Assembly (NCBI GenBank): GCA_002633005.1
Contig: NMRA01000095.1
Coordinates: 657,362-721,361 of the forward strand
Origin: Phoronis australis
Taxonomy: Eukaryota > Animalia > Phoronida
Direction: 5' to 3'
DNA length: 64,000 bases
Shown here: piece by piece, positions 27,901 through 38,310 of the stretch
How the letters are laid out: the number at the start of each line of letters is the position of its first letter
Position numbering within the stretch: the first letter of the stretch is position 1
The notes under the pieces: generated by a model
Database searches by the model: none
Seen by the model: only the letters and a program-made list of their open reading frames with translations
What the model was told of the DNA's origin: nothing
Position numbers and translations under genes: made by a program

Positions 27901-30900
27901 GTCTTGCTGTAGCTATTCTGGTGGAATTATTTTGCATTTTCTGCTTTGTAAGTTCTTCAAGTTTTGTTTGTTTGGCCTAATGGCGGTTACTAGTTCATAT
28001 ATGTTCACAACCGAAGTATTTGGGGGTGAACTACAAACAGTAGGAATATCCATCGAGAGCCTTTGACAATATAGTAACCTTTAACCTTTACCATCTAGAG
28101 GTGAAACCCGTGACGCCGACGACTCAGAGTGTCCCTGTCAAGCCAAAAGGGCCACACAGCAGGCAGCAATCCCAGGAGTCACCCTTTGTGCAGCAAAGGT
28201 CTCAAATATTCGTGTTTTCAACGAAACTAGCAAATAAAGCGTCAGAGGGCGTATTGCAGGGGCGCTACGACTCCATTCTGGCGTATCACATGGATCAGCC
28301 GGGGACAAAGAAATTTTTACAAGTAAGAAAGCTGTTGTTTATGGCATAGTAGTGTATTCTAGTGTATTCTATGGTATTCTAGTGTATTCTAATGTATTCT
28401 AGTGTCTTCAACTTGTTAAAGCTTCTACAGCATTAGTGCCACTGATGTTTGTTAGTTTTAAACCAGTGTACTAAGCATATTGGTTTGTGCAGTAAAAATT
28501 CTCCAGTTTGGTTCAGCAAAAGATTTATTACTTTGCTTTAAGGTAGACGATGTTAGCCTTCCAAATTCAAGAATCATCTGAAAAAATCAAAATTACTGGC
28601 ACTCTGTAGATTGAAAATACATTTTCTGAAATTTGAGAAATGTGGTGAACGTCAAAATCATCTTTGCACCAGAATGGAGAAAAAAGTCAAATTTTGTGGA
28701 AGTTTCCTTGTCTCAAATTCTTTAGACTGTCCTAATTTGGAGAGTTTTTACTGTATTAAAACTCTTTCTTCAAAAGTATTTGCAGGAAAATTTCATAGAC
28801 CTCTGGTGATACTTTTCATTATCGACTTTTTTTAATCTTCGTGATGTGATGTGTGGCAGTGTACAACTTTGTTTCCACAAATTCTTTACTTTATGTAACC
28901 ACATACAGAAACTTGACGGAAACGCCATTTTGTGATATTCAGCCATTTTGTGATATTCAGCCATTTTGTGATATTCAGCCATTTTGTGATATTCAGCCAT
29001 TTTGTGATATTCAGATAATTCCTCTTAACTTATGTGATTGTGTTCACCTAATGTGTTTTTCATTTGTTCGTTTGATGTCGGAACAAGTGCTTTGTTCTAT
29101 AGTTGTCTATTGCCTGCTGATGAGCATAGTGGGGACTGACTCCCTGAAATCTGTTGAGCTTGTGTCGCACATAAACCACTGAGTCATTGGTTAGAAGAAT
29201 AAGAATATGACCTTTTGCTAAGACTGTAGACACCCCCCTTTTTCTCCGATGGTCGACAGCTGTTGTTCCAGCTCTCAGTGGTAGTACTGTACCAAATACT
29301 GAAACAAAAAGGAGTCAAAAGTACTCCAATACCTTGAAAAACTCCGTCAACTGTGATGTGCAACAAACCAGTGTGATGTTTAACTCCAGCTAGCAAATAG
29401 TCATTAAACCAAACCCGAGTGTGTTACCAACTCTGAAAGGGTGGGTATTTTAATTTTCTGGTAAGACGAGCCAAATCTAAACTTTGCTTTAAATGGCATT
29501 CGGTTTTGGTATTGCCAGAGTATTGATATCAAATTGTCAGTATTGTAATGGTGCTGTGTGACACAACTCTATCATCTCCATATGTATATATTGTCATGGT
29601 GCAGTGTGACACAACTCTATCATCTCCATATATTCGTGAAGGCTCTCTTGTCTACTCTACATCGTCACGTGTGTTTTCTGTCATTACAGAAGCACCCAAT
29701 GAAGCCATCACAGTTTAACAAACTGAACACTCCAGGGATGCCCATGTACACCAGTGCATCAGACATGATCACATCCAACACTACTTCGAGTATGCCAAAC
29801 GGTGGCGTTCCACCCAACCAAATGGTGCTGCCCCCTAATGGTTTGCATTCTATGAATGGTGGGAACGGCGTGCAGAATGTGGACTGGCCAGGCTCCCCCA
29901 ATTCTATGCTACCGGATATTACGCACAATAAGGTCCCGGATGAGAACTTGACCCCGGAACAGCTGCACCGGCGAGAGGAGCAATTGGCCAATATACGTAA
30001 ACTTCAGTCAATGTTGTTCCCGGACAATAGCAATCCAAATGCGCATAATCCTCAGCTTGCCCCAATGGGTAATCACCCGGGCAATGGACGGCCGTCGAGT
30101 AAATACGGTCCTCAGATGGGGCCCTATCCACAGCCCATGATGGGGCCAAATGGGTCAAACATGCCTGGCAGCTTTGGACCAAATATGCATGGACCTGGAC
30201 CACATATGATGAGCCCAGGAGGGCCCAGTATGATGGGACCAAATGGTCCAATAGTGCCCAATGGGCCACCTATGGCTCCTGGACCTAACGGTCAGAACTT
30301 TGGCACATCCTCAGCCATGATGATGTCACACCAACAGGCCATGATGTCACAGCCAAATGTTGTGATGTCACAGCAGAATATGATGATGTCAACATCGCAG
30401 CATCCCAATATGACAATGAACATGTCGGCACAATCGATGAGTATGGGCCCGCAGCCTATGTACTCTCCCCCTATGATGGACATGCGACCTCCCTCTGGCA
30501 ACATAGCCGAGAAGGAATGGGCACGACTGCAGCAGGAGTTCTATGGTGGTCGCGGTGGCGCTGCTGGCATGCGCCAGCAGTCGACCATCCATGCAGCCAA
30601 TCCATTTGCAGACAATGAGTTGCCGTCTCAGGGACCACCGCCCCCGTACTACAGCTCAGTTAGTCACCGCCACTCCAGCGTCTCATCAGGACCTACCTCA
30701 CCGCCCATGATCGGCGCCCCGTCCCCCATGCACTCGCCAGCGGCACTGACCTCTCCACATGTCAACCCTCCTCAGGGTCAGTTCATGTATCCTCCTCAGC
30801 GGAGGCCGACCCCGGCGACTATGAACTATCCTCCAGGAGCGCCCATGATGCCTGACCTGCCTCCAGAGATGATGGGATCCCCAGGTTTGAAATTAATAAT

Positions 30901-33639
30901 CCTACTGTTTCATTCGTATAAGTGTGAAAAGCTATGTTTTGTCAAAGGAATTAAGTTTCATTTTAGACCACTTAACACTGTAAAAGGTTTCTCCACATGC
31001 ACCTAACGCAGATAATTAGAAAAGTCTTGTATCCAGAATATTCAGTTTTGCCCAACTTTCTCATTCAGTGACTCATAATCAGCCATTAAAGTGGGTAAGT
31101 AATAAAAACATTCTGCTGAGTGCTGTTCAAAGTGAGTCTGCGTGCACTTTCCAAGGTCCAACCGTATGCAGTTATAACTATGATGAAACAAATTTGAGGT
31201 GGCTTAGATCTGTGCTGGATGTTATACAATCATAACAAACGAAGTGTTAATCTCCTTATTTCAGAACTTGGGCTATTACTCCTCACAAATTCAAAATCGG
31301 TGCAAATCAAGTGTCACTATGGAATCTCATTTGTGTCTTGAATGATAGTCGGGCTCTTGAGCTCAGAATTAATGTGCGCTGTCTCGCTTATGGTATTACG
31401 TTTTCATTCCGTTGTTTTAGGGATGCGAATGCCAGGTGGACATCCTAAGGAGGTGACTGTAGCCCGAGCTGGACACCCAGAACCATTCCAACCAGAGTTG
31501 ACGTCTAGTCAGGGAGGAGGTAACAAACCGCCACCCAGTTACGCTCAGTCAACCAAGCGTAAGCAACGTGACAATGTTGATGATTTGTACAAAAACTTAC
31601 AGCCTGCCCCATCACCGCAGCACTTCACATACCCAAACCAGTTCGAGGGGCAGGAATTGACAATTACGAAACAGTTGAATGCGGCGTATCAGGAGTCTCC
31701 TGTCTCGCAGTCTCCAGCTGTCAGTCAACCAATAGACACACCCATATCTGGACCCGCCTCCGTTCCGACAACAGGACCCCCGTCTGTTCCGCCGCAGGGT
31801 CCAGCATCCGTACCACCCCCTGCCACCCCTCACACGCCTTCCGACTCTCAAGTGTTCAACAACGAGACCAATGCGAAAAGTGTGGCAGCTGCGGGCAGGA
31901 GACTGTCGCATCTCAGTTCACCCGCGCCCGGAACTCCGGGCACACCGGTGACGAAGCCGAACTTGTCTAATATCACATCGTCAAGTTTGGCAAATCTGGC
32001 AAAGGGTGTGGAAGACATGTCGCATCAGATGCAACAAAGTATGTTACAAGGGGGACCGTTTCACAGTATTCAGGTGCAGAGTCAGTCTATGGACGACATC
32101 CCTGGCAAGAGCACAAACTCTACTACGCAGGGACAGCAAAACGTGAACAACACTTATGTGAATACAACAATGTCAATAGGTCAGTTGAACATACAGCAGA
32201 TGAATCACCTCCAGAACCATCCATCACAGGGTCACCCAGGTCAAGGTCATCCACCACAGGGTCATCCACCACAAGGTCACCCGGCACAGGGTCACCCAGC
32301 TCAGGGTCATCCGGCACAGGGTCACCCAGCACAGGGTAGCACGGGAGTCCCTTCAATACCACACATGGGGGGGCCGACACCTCCGCATTTGACAGCACCC
32401 CCAAGCGCCCACTCTGTAGGCAGACCTTCCTCGAGGGGCTTCATGGAGATGTCCCAACAACGCCAGCAGATGATGGCCCATGGTCCACAAATGTTACCTC
32501 AACGGATGGACAGCCCGCAGCTCATGGGCAGTCCAGAGTTTACCAGTCCTCATGGGCCACACATGGCTAGTCCCCATGGTGGAATGGTCAATGGGCCACC
32601 CTTTAATAGTCAACATGCACACCCTATGATGCCTGGTCAGTCACCCATAGAGCGCGGTCCAATGATGATTCCTGGGGGAAGCCCCCATGGGGCCCCTCAC
32701 ATGGGACATCAGATGGGGCCAGAGTTCATGGGTCCCTCCCCTTCCATGTCCCATCCTGGCCAGATACCTAGTCAATACCCACCGGGAATGCCAATGGCTG
32801 GCATGAGGCCAGGTATGTTGCCTGGTTCCCGGTACCCTCAACCATCAGACCCCCAGTTTATGAGTCCCGCCGTACCCATGCCCTCTCAACCAATGCCGGC
32901 AGAGCCCCAGCCTGCACCTCCACCCACCACAACAACGTCACGAAAACGAGGTCGCAAGACATCCAGCAGCACTAATGTCAAAGTTCAGACAACTGCCCCC
33001 AACACCATCCAGTATCTTCCAGCCAATCCTCCATCCTCACAAGCCGGCATGGGTCCACCACCTCCTAAGCGATCTTTCCCCGACCAGTTCACAGAGGCAT
33101 TCCCAGCCGAGCCCTTACGTAACCTAGACAAGAAGGTACCCTCCTCCAAACTTTCATACTTTCCACCCAGCGAACAGAACCACCTGGAGTACAGTCGTAT
33201 GACCTCCATGGCTCCGGTCTATCAACCTGGTCATCAGAACCCTAATGTAATGTGTGGGTCCCCGTCCTTCCCGTCTGACATCATCCCTCCGTCCTCACTT
33301 GGTCATGCTGGGCCTCCTATGGGTGATCCAATGATGAACCACAACATGCTTCCATCCCATATATCCCCTTCCATGAACCCAGGACACATGGCTGGCATGC
33401 CACCAAGACATCCTGGCTATGGGCCAGGTCCCATGCACGAGATGAGTTATGGACATCGTCAGCCCAATGAGTACAGTATAGGTCCCAGAATGTCGGCTCC
33501 ACATCCCGGGCCCTACCCTGGTCACCCCGGTCACCCTGGTCACCCCGGATATGGTCCTCAGATGGGTCCACCTGGACCAGATTTTATGGGCCCTCCTGTG
33601 GGTGACCCGAGATATATAAATATGATGTCAGGCATGTGA
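15921..33639 (+). CDS. BCL9: Predicted 11-exon gene (1517 aa): CECR2-like DDT/WHIM module fused in frame to BCL9/Legless
   Basis: Exons 15921-15936, 17044-17245, 19242-19347, 22288-22383, 23110-23164, 25130-25314, 25597-25801, 27259-27309, 28099-28322, 29690-30884, 31421-33639. All introns are GT-AG with compatible phases (1,2,0,0,1,0,1,1,0,1). Total 4554 nt = 1517 codons plus TGA. Start gagATGg at 15921 has an in-frame TGA upstream at 15909; this first exon is the least certain. BCL9 identity is firm, but the fusion is inferred from splice phases only. Confidence 0.7.
17044..25314 (+). CDS. DDT + WHIM1 + WHIM2/WHIM3 (WSD) module exons, CECR2/RSF1-family N-terminus
   Basis: Spliced translation: LRSMFELPFLMQFISLHQEKFSFPKISISEFEECLCDPNSAVIPDIIARLL (DDT-like); NPLNSGKFADLSPEEKLQLLKWLVD (WHIM1); ESMRAVNVGQDAFNNTYWYFDDQRLYKE (WHIM2 R..xGxD...YWYF); WECVCLSLKDWRTLLKQFRKTTNEQEKELFDYLNNQLFP (WHIM3-like). 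The motif order is colinear with the CECR2 N-terminus as I recall it (LRSWWEVP...FQDLP...LRVEPLGED..YWYFYGTRMYKE...WWLLCQTEEEW). Confidence 0.85.
18394..18572. mobile_element. Short AT-rich MITE of a dispersed family (core AAAATCTCACCAATTTAGGACA)
   Basis: Inverted ends AAAATTCTTCAGTTTCGGACA / TGTCCTAAATTGAAGACCTTT. Related cores occur near 7410, 12406, 18991, 49667, 55900 and 59022 (reverse). Confidence 0.45.
19705..19980 (+). repeat. 23-bp minisatellite (GTGCCAGTATATTGGTCCACCAT), about 12 copies
   Basis: Visible periodicity; intronic. Confidence 0.9.
20536..20719 (+). repeat. About 38-bp minisatellite (GGTGGGGACACAGAGGCAGGCGTC core), 5 copies
   Basis: Visible periodicity. Confidence 0.85.
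21386..21670 (+). repeat. 20-bp minisatellite (AATTTACTGAAATGACTACA), about 14 copies
   Basis: Visible periodicity. Confidence 0.9.
23992..24052. other. Assembly gap (N run) inside an intron of the DDT/WHIM module
   Basis: 61 Ns next to a poly-C run. Confidence 1.
26155..26391 (+). repeat. About 31-40-bp minisatellite (TATACTTTACCATTGGAGTAAATACAATATG), about 7 copies
   Basis: Visible periodicity with indel variants. Confidence 0.85.
28099..33639 (+). CDS. BCL9: BCL9/Legless portion (HD1 Pygopus-binding, HD2 beta-catenin-binding, HD3, long Pro/Met/Gly/His-rich tail)
   Basis: HD1 QIFVFSTKLANKASEGVLQGRYDSILAYH (exon 28099-28322). HD2 PDENLTPEQLHRREEQLANIRKLQSMLFPD and HD3 EWARLQQEFY (exon 29690-30884). 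C-terminal PNTIQYLP-type motif in the last exon 31421-33639. Confidence 0.93.
28924..29013 (+). repeat. 18-bp perfect tandem repeat (GCCATTTTGTGATATTCA) x5
   Basis: Five identical units. Confidence 0.95.
32218..32337 (+). repeat. Coding 15-bp repeat encoding (HPxQG) x8 in the BCL9 tail
   Basis: HPSQGHPGQGHPPQGHPPQGHPAQGHPAQGHPAQGHPAQG, with synonymous variation between units. Confidence 0.9.
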
Positions 33640-35900
33640 TAATCTGCTGCTGGTCAGAGTCCATTGGACAACTGTAAGTGCCTGTAGAAAAAGGACACTA
33701 AAAATATACGCGAAAAGACAAGACAAAGCTGTGTTCACGGCTGAAGTTGATTTTCAAAAAACCTTAATGGTACTGATGTGTGAGATTATAATAGACAATA
33801 AGTTTCAAAGCAGTAATTGGCCGCTGCCTGTTCTGTGTACTTGTGAACACAATGCCTTGTGAGGCAGACGGTTGGAAGCTAGACTATTGTAGTGCGAGAG
33901 AGTGGAGCTTGGGAGCAATATGTTGATACATATAACTGCAAGCTGAAATGTATCTCACTTGGAGATATATAGCCGAATATGGGGTAAAAAGCAATATAGA
34001 CAAAGCTGAGTGTTACCGCGGTTATGTAAAAGATATTCTCTGATGAACTGTTGTGAACTTATTAGATGGGAATATCACAGTTGGTGTCTGGTGAAGATGT
34101 CTGTTGGAGACTTGCCTTAAACAGATTATGGGTGTATTTTTATTGGATATTTATAAGAGCGCATGACTGTGAGATGTTTGTAGATAAAAACAAAAGTGGC
34201 TTGTATATATTTCTTATTTGGTCTCTTTTTAAGTGTCCAGCTTTATACATGCGTTTACTTAGGAACAAAATGTGATTGAAGGGTAGTGACGAAATTTGAA
34301 GTTGTCGTGGAGGAGATGTCCAGACACGTGCGTTCATCTTGTGGATATACCAAGTTTTATTTTAGTTTGTTGCAGACAGGAGAGAAGTTTCCTGCAGATT
34401 ATACAATTGAACAATCTCAGAATGGTTATATTGTGTTCAAAAATTGACAGCGGGTCGCTAAAAGACGAGGTTTTTAATGGAGCCGACTGTATTGTGTGTG
34501 CTGAAATATGAAGGATTGTAAAACGTGAAGGTTCAATTTCGCACGAATGAATATTAGGGAATTGAATAATCTTGGTGTGTGTAGAAGCGATCGAATGAAC
34601 TTCGTAACCTACGAATGTGGGTGTGTTTCAATACTCATATTCTTGTGATTTGACTGATGACGGAATTGTAAATCATGTTTAGACTGTTAGTTGTTTTTGT
34701 AAATAAGGGTCAATTGGGTACTTGTGTGATTTTTTAGCATCGTAGAGTTTAGATTTTTGGATGTACATAGTCTTATGTAAAACTGATATTTTTATAACAT
34801 TGAGAAAAAAGTATGTATTTTAATGTCGGAACTTGTTTTTTTGCCTCCACTACATACATTTGCATATTTTCTAGCATAATTTTTCTGTTTTATCTCTGTT
34901 TATGCTTTACTGCATACTCCTTCAGATTTGTTTTCACACTTCTATTCCACTATGCAAAATTGATTTATTGAACTAAAAACATTTTTAAATGCCATATTCC
35001 AAACCAAATCTATTTTAAATGGTCAAGGCTTATTGTGTACTTGGGTCAAGCCAAAATTGCACACTTAAACTGTGGTGGTGAAGCTTTTTTTGAAGCAATC
35101 AATGAACTTCATCGCGCCCATGGTTTGTTGATGTGTAAGTTGGAATGTTTGTTGTATTTAAAAGCCGAAAGGAAGGGTCCAAATCGTAACAATCTCTATA
35201 AGAGAGGCGCGTGGATCTACAGATTGGCATGATGTGTTGCCGAATGCTCGTGAAGACCTGGGCTCGAATGATCGTTATAAATGTAAGTTTATGCAACTTT
35301 AACTGGAATGAGAAGCAGATTCCACATACTTCATGCTGTCGCCACCCAGTGTGTGAGAAATGAACTAGTTGCTGACAGCCAACACATTCTGCCCCATACA
35401 ATAGCATATCACTCAGACTCTAGCCTATGCCGTGTCTAAGGCAATGCTAACAGGGAAATGGCTGGATTGTAGCGACTGTTGCCGTAGCTACCCCAGGCAC
35501 GTGTTTCTGGTGAGCTGCCACGTTTTATCAGAGGTTTATTTTGTCTTCATTTTAAAAAGCTGCATTTCGCGCTGTTAGGCTGGCTAAAGTGAAAATCGAA
35601 TTGAGTCTTTTGTTCTCATTGAATGAGTACTTCATTTAATATTCCTTAATGTGATAGGATTCAAGTGCCGTTGCCTATTCAAGTCGCAAACAATGCGCAA
35701 ATTTTGAATCTGCAATTATAGGTTTGCCAACCACAAAAAAATGCAGTGTTTTTGATGAGTTGCTGATGGTTTTGATGTTCTTGTTGGTAAAGAATACAAA
35801 ATCGATATATGAAAGTAAAAGGCTCAATTCGATTTCCGGTTTGAAGGAGGGCAAAATGCCACTGGAATTTAGCGTTTATGCATCTGACAACAAATAAGTA

Positions 35901-35936
35901 AATAAAAACATGACATTCTAAACATTTCATTTTATT
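35901..35936. terminator. Opposing polyadenylation signals of the convergent BCL9 (+) and FoxN1/4 (-) transcripts
   Basis: AATAAA on + at 35901-35906 and AATAAA on - at 35931-35936. Base skew on + switches from T/G-rich to A/C-rich at about this point. Confidence 0.5.
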
Positions 35937-36054
35937 TGAGATTATCGTTATGTACAATGACTACAAAACTTCATGACACAAAATCTACCTTGTGAGCTTG
36001 ATTGGTGATGACACTTGTGGACGACAATGTGGCTGTTCAGCATGTGGAAGCAGG

Positions 36055-36305
36055 AAATATTCGTGACAAATATCACTGCATATCCTTGATATCAAGCAAA
36101 CATTTTTTAGATATTGGTGACAAATATCTATATGTACATCCTTGATATCACAGAAACATTTCGTAGGTATAGGTGACCAATATCGATGCATATCAAACAA
36201 ACAGTACGTACATATTGGTAAAAAATATCTATGCACATCGTTGACATCACAAACAGTACGTAGATATTGCTATAAACCAATATCAATGCATATCTTTGAT
36301 ATCAC
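36055..36305. repeat. Degenerate repeat of roughly 50-55 bp in the FoxN1/4 3' UTR
   Basis: Recurring GTGACAAATATC...CATCCTTGATATCA blocks, about 5 copies. Confidence 0.6.
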
Positions 36306-38310
36306 TTAAGCATTTTGCTTGAAAAAATCACGAAACAAAAAATTCAGATTAAAACTGAAGCTCTTTAAGCACCACAGCCAATGGCACCATTTAGTCAGAA
36401 TTGCATACACATGGCAATACTTGTAGAAAGTATCGGTTGTTCTATACAAATATCCATTTGGTCCATAAACTTGGTAGAATCAACATTGCAATATGTGAAG
36501 TAATTAACACTCAAGAAAACTTGTACAGTAAAACTGGAGTGACAGATTTTGTCAGAGTAAGGCACAATCTGACTCGTATGAAGGGCCGAGTGCATGAACT
36601 GGTGCAATAGTAAGAGTGGAATTCTCATTTGTCTGAGTTTAGCAAAAAGCAAGTATTACTGTAACTGTCTTTAGTCTACACATGTATGTTGCACAATTCC
36701 TAAAATCATCATGATTTGGACACAAAACCCAGAAAAGGTAAACCAGTATTTCTAGCTTACAGATTACACACGTGACATGTCTTAAAATAAACTTGAGAGC
36801 AATAAATCAGTCTTTCTAGTTTCCAGATTACATACGGTGCTTTTGCGTTTTACCAAAACTTGAGAGCAATGAACCAGTGTTTATCGCTTATACTGAACAC
36901 ACGTGACTTCGTCTCAAGCATAATCAGAAATTGAGGCAGCCTTCCGCTGAAAATCTATACACTACGAATCAGTCACTATTCAAAACGAGGCACGGTCTAT
37001 GTACATCAAACAAACCTAAGAAAGTGAGATATAAATAACGAGATCACACGTAAACACACAATGAAATTACAGCATATCAATTATTTCAATGCGGTCATAA
37101 AATTTCAAACTTCAGCAGTCACAGCAGATTACACCAGTTGTAACCAGCACAACTAGTAAAGACTCTTATTCTACGTTATCAATCAAATGGCCACAATTTT
37201 CACAATGATTTCAACATGCACAAAGTTGTCAGGGCATAGAAACAATCCATGGACCGAACTAAATGCTGGCCAATCAGATGTGAAGCCCGTGTGAAAGTAT
37301 TATACGATATCTGTCAGTGCTGCTATGAACTGTCCTTTGACCTAACATTACTGTAAGTGGTCCAGTCTGACACGGTGAGTTCGACAGCTGAATTTTCGGG
37401 TCTTGCCACAAAACCTTATCTCTGTTGCCATGGAGATAAATACAGAATTGTTGCTTAATCTCGTTTAGCAATAGGTAGAAGCTTTGTTAAACGTCCACAA
37501 TTGTGCTCAAATACTGTTACATGTTGTTTTGAATAACTGATAGTGCTGATCAATTAATGATAAATCCAGATGACCTTGAAAAACTGGCACAAAATGGTGG
37601 AAGAATGCAGAAATTTCATTCCAATGTCTCCAAAGGAAGTTTTAACAACTGGTGTCAGCTAGGAAGAAATGGACACAAAAACTCCTAATATATCCTAAGA
37701 CAACGAAATTCAGCAAAATCTCTGCTTCCAGACAATACTTCACGAAATGAAAATAACAGTGCACCGGTTCATTACACAAACTCCATGAAATGGAGTTATC
37801 ACATTTAGTGAGGCAATACAAACACATTGGAGACCAAAAATGAAACAAAACACCGAACCAACACGTTTACTGAGCTGGCATTTAAGAATACTAAGAAAAC
37901 GTTACATCGTTCTTCTTGACACAAAGCATAGGATGATAGGATATCGCATTCACAATATTTTAGTGAACAAAAGTTATTGAGGCAATTACAAAAAAGTTCA
38001 TTGATTTCATGATTCGATTTGTTGTTTATAATTTACACTTCATAGGAACTATTTACACACTGCATATGTACATGTCAATGGCACACTGGCCAATCTCTTT
38101 CAGTAAAAACCATACACATGAATCCCCACTCTGTCTCTACCGGTCTTGCCACCTAGTGACAAAATGTATTGACTACAGACTTTGCACTGCACTGCCATAA
38201 CAGTGCATGTGGAACTTTCAAACTAATACTTGTACAGGTGACATGTTGACTAATCGTTCTATCAGCATGTACTGTGAAAGCACCTCATGGTTCTGATCTG
38301 TAGCTAGCCA

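Noticed and set aside
29665-33571. Antisense and alternative-frame ORFs overlapping the big BCL9 exons
   Set aside because: Shadow ORFs of GC-richer, low-complexity coding sequence with no recognisable motifs.
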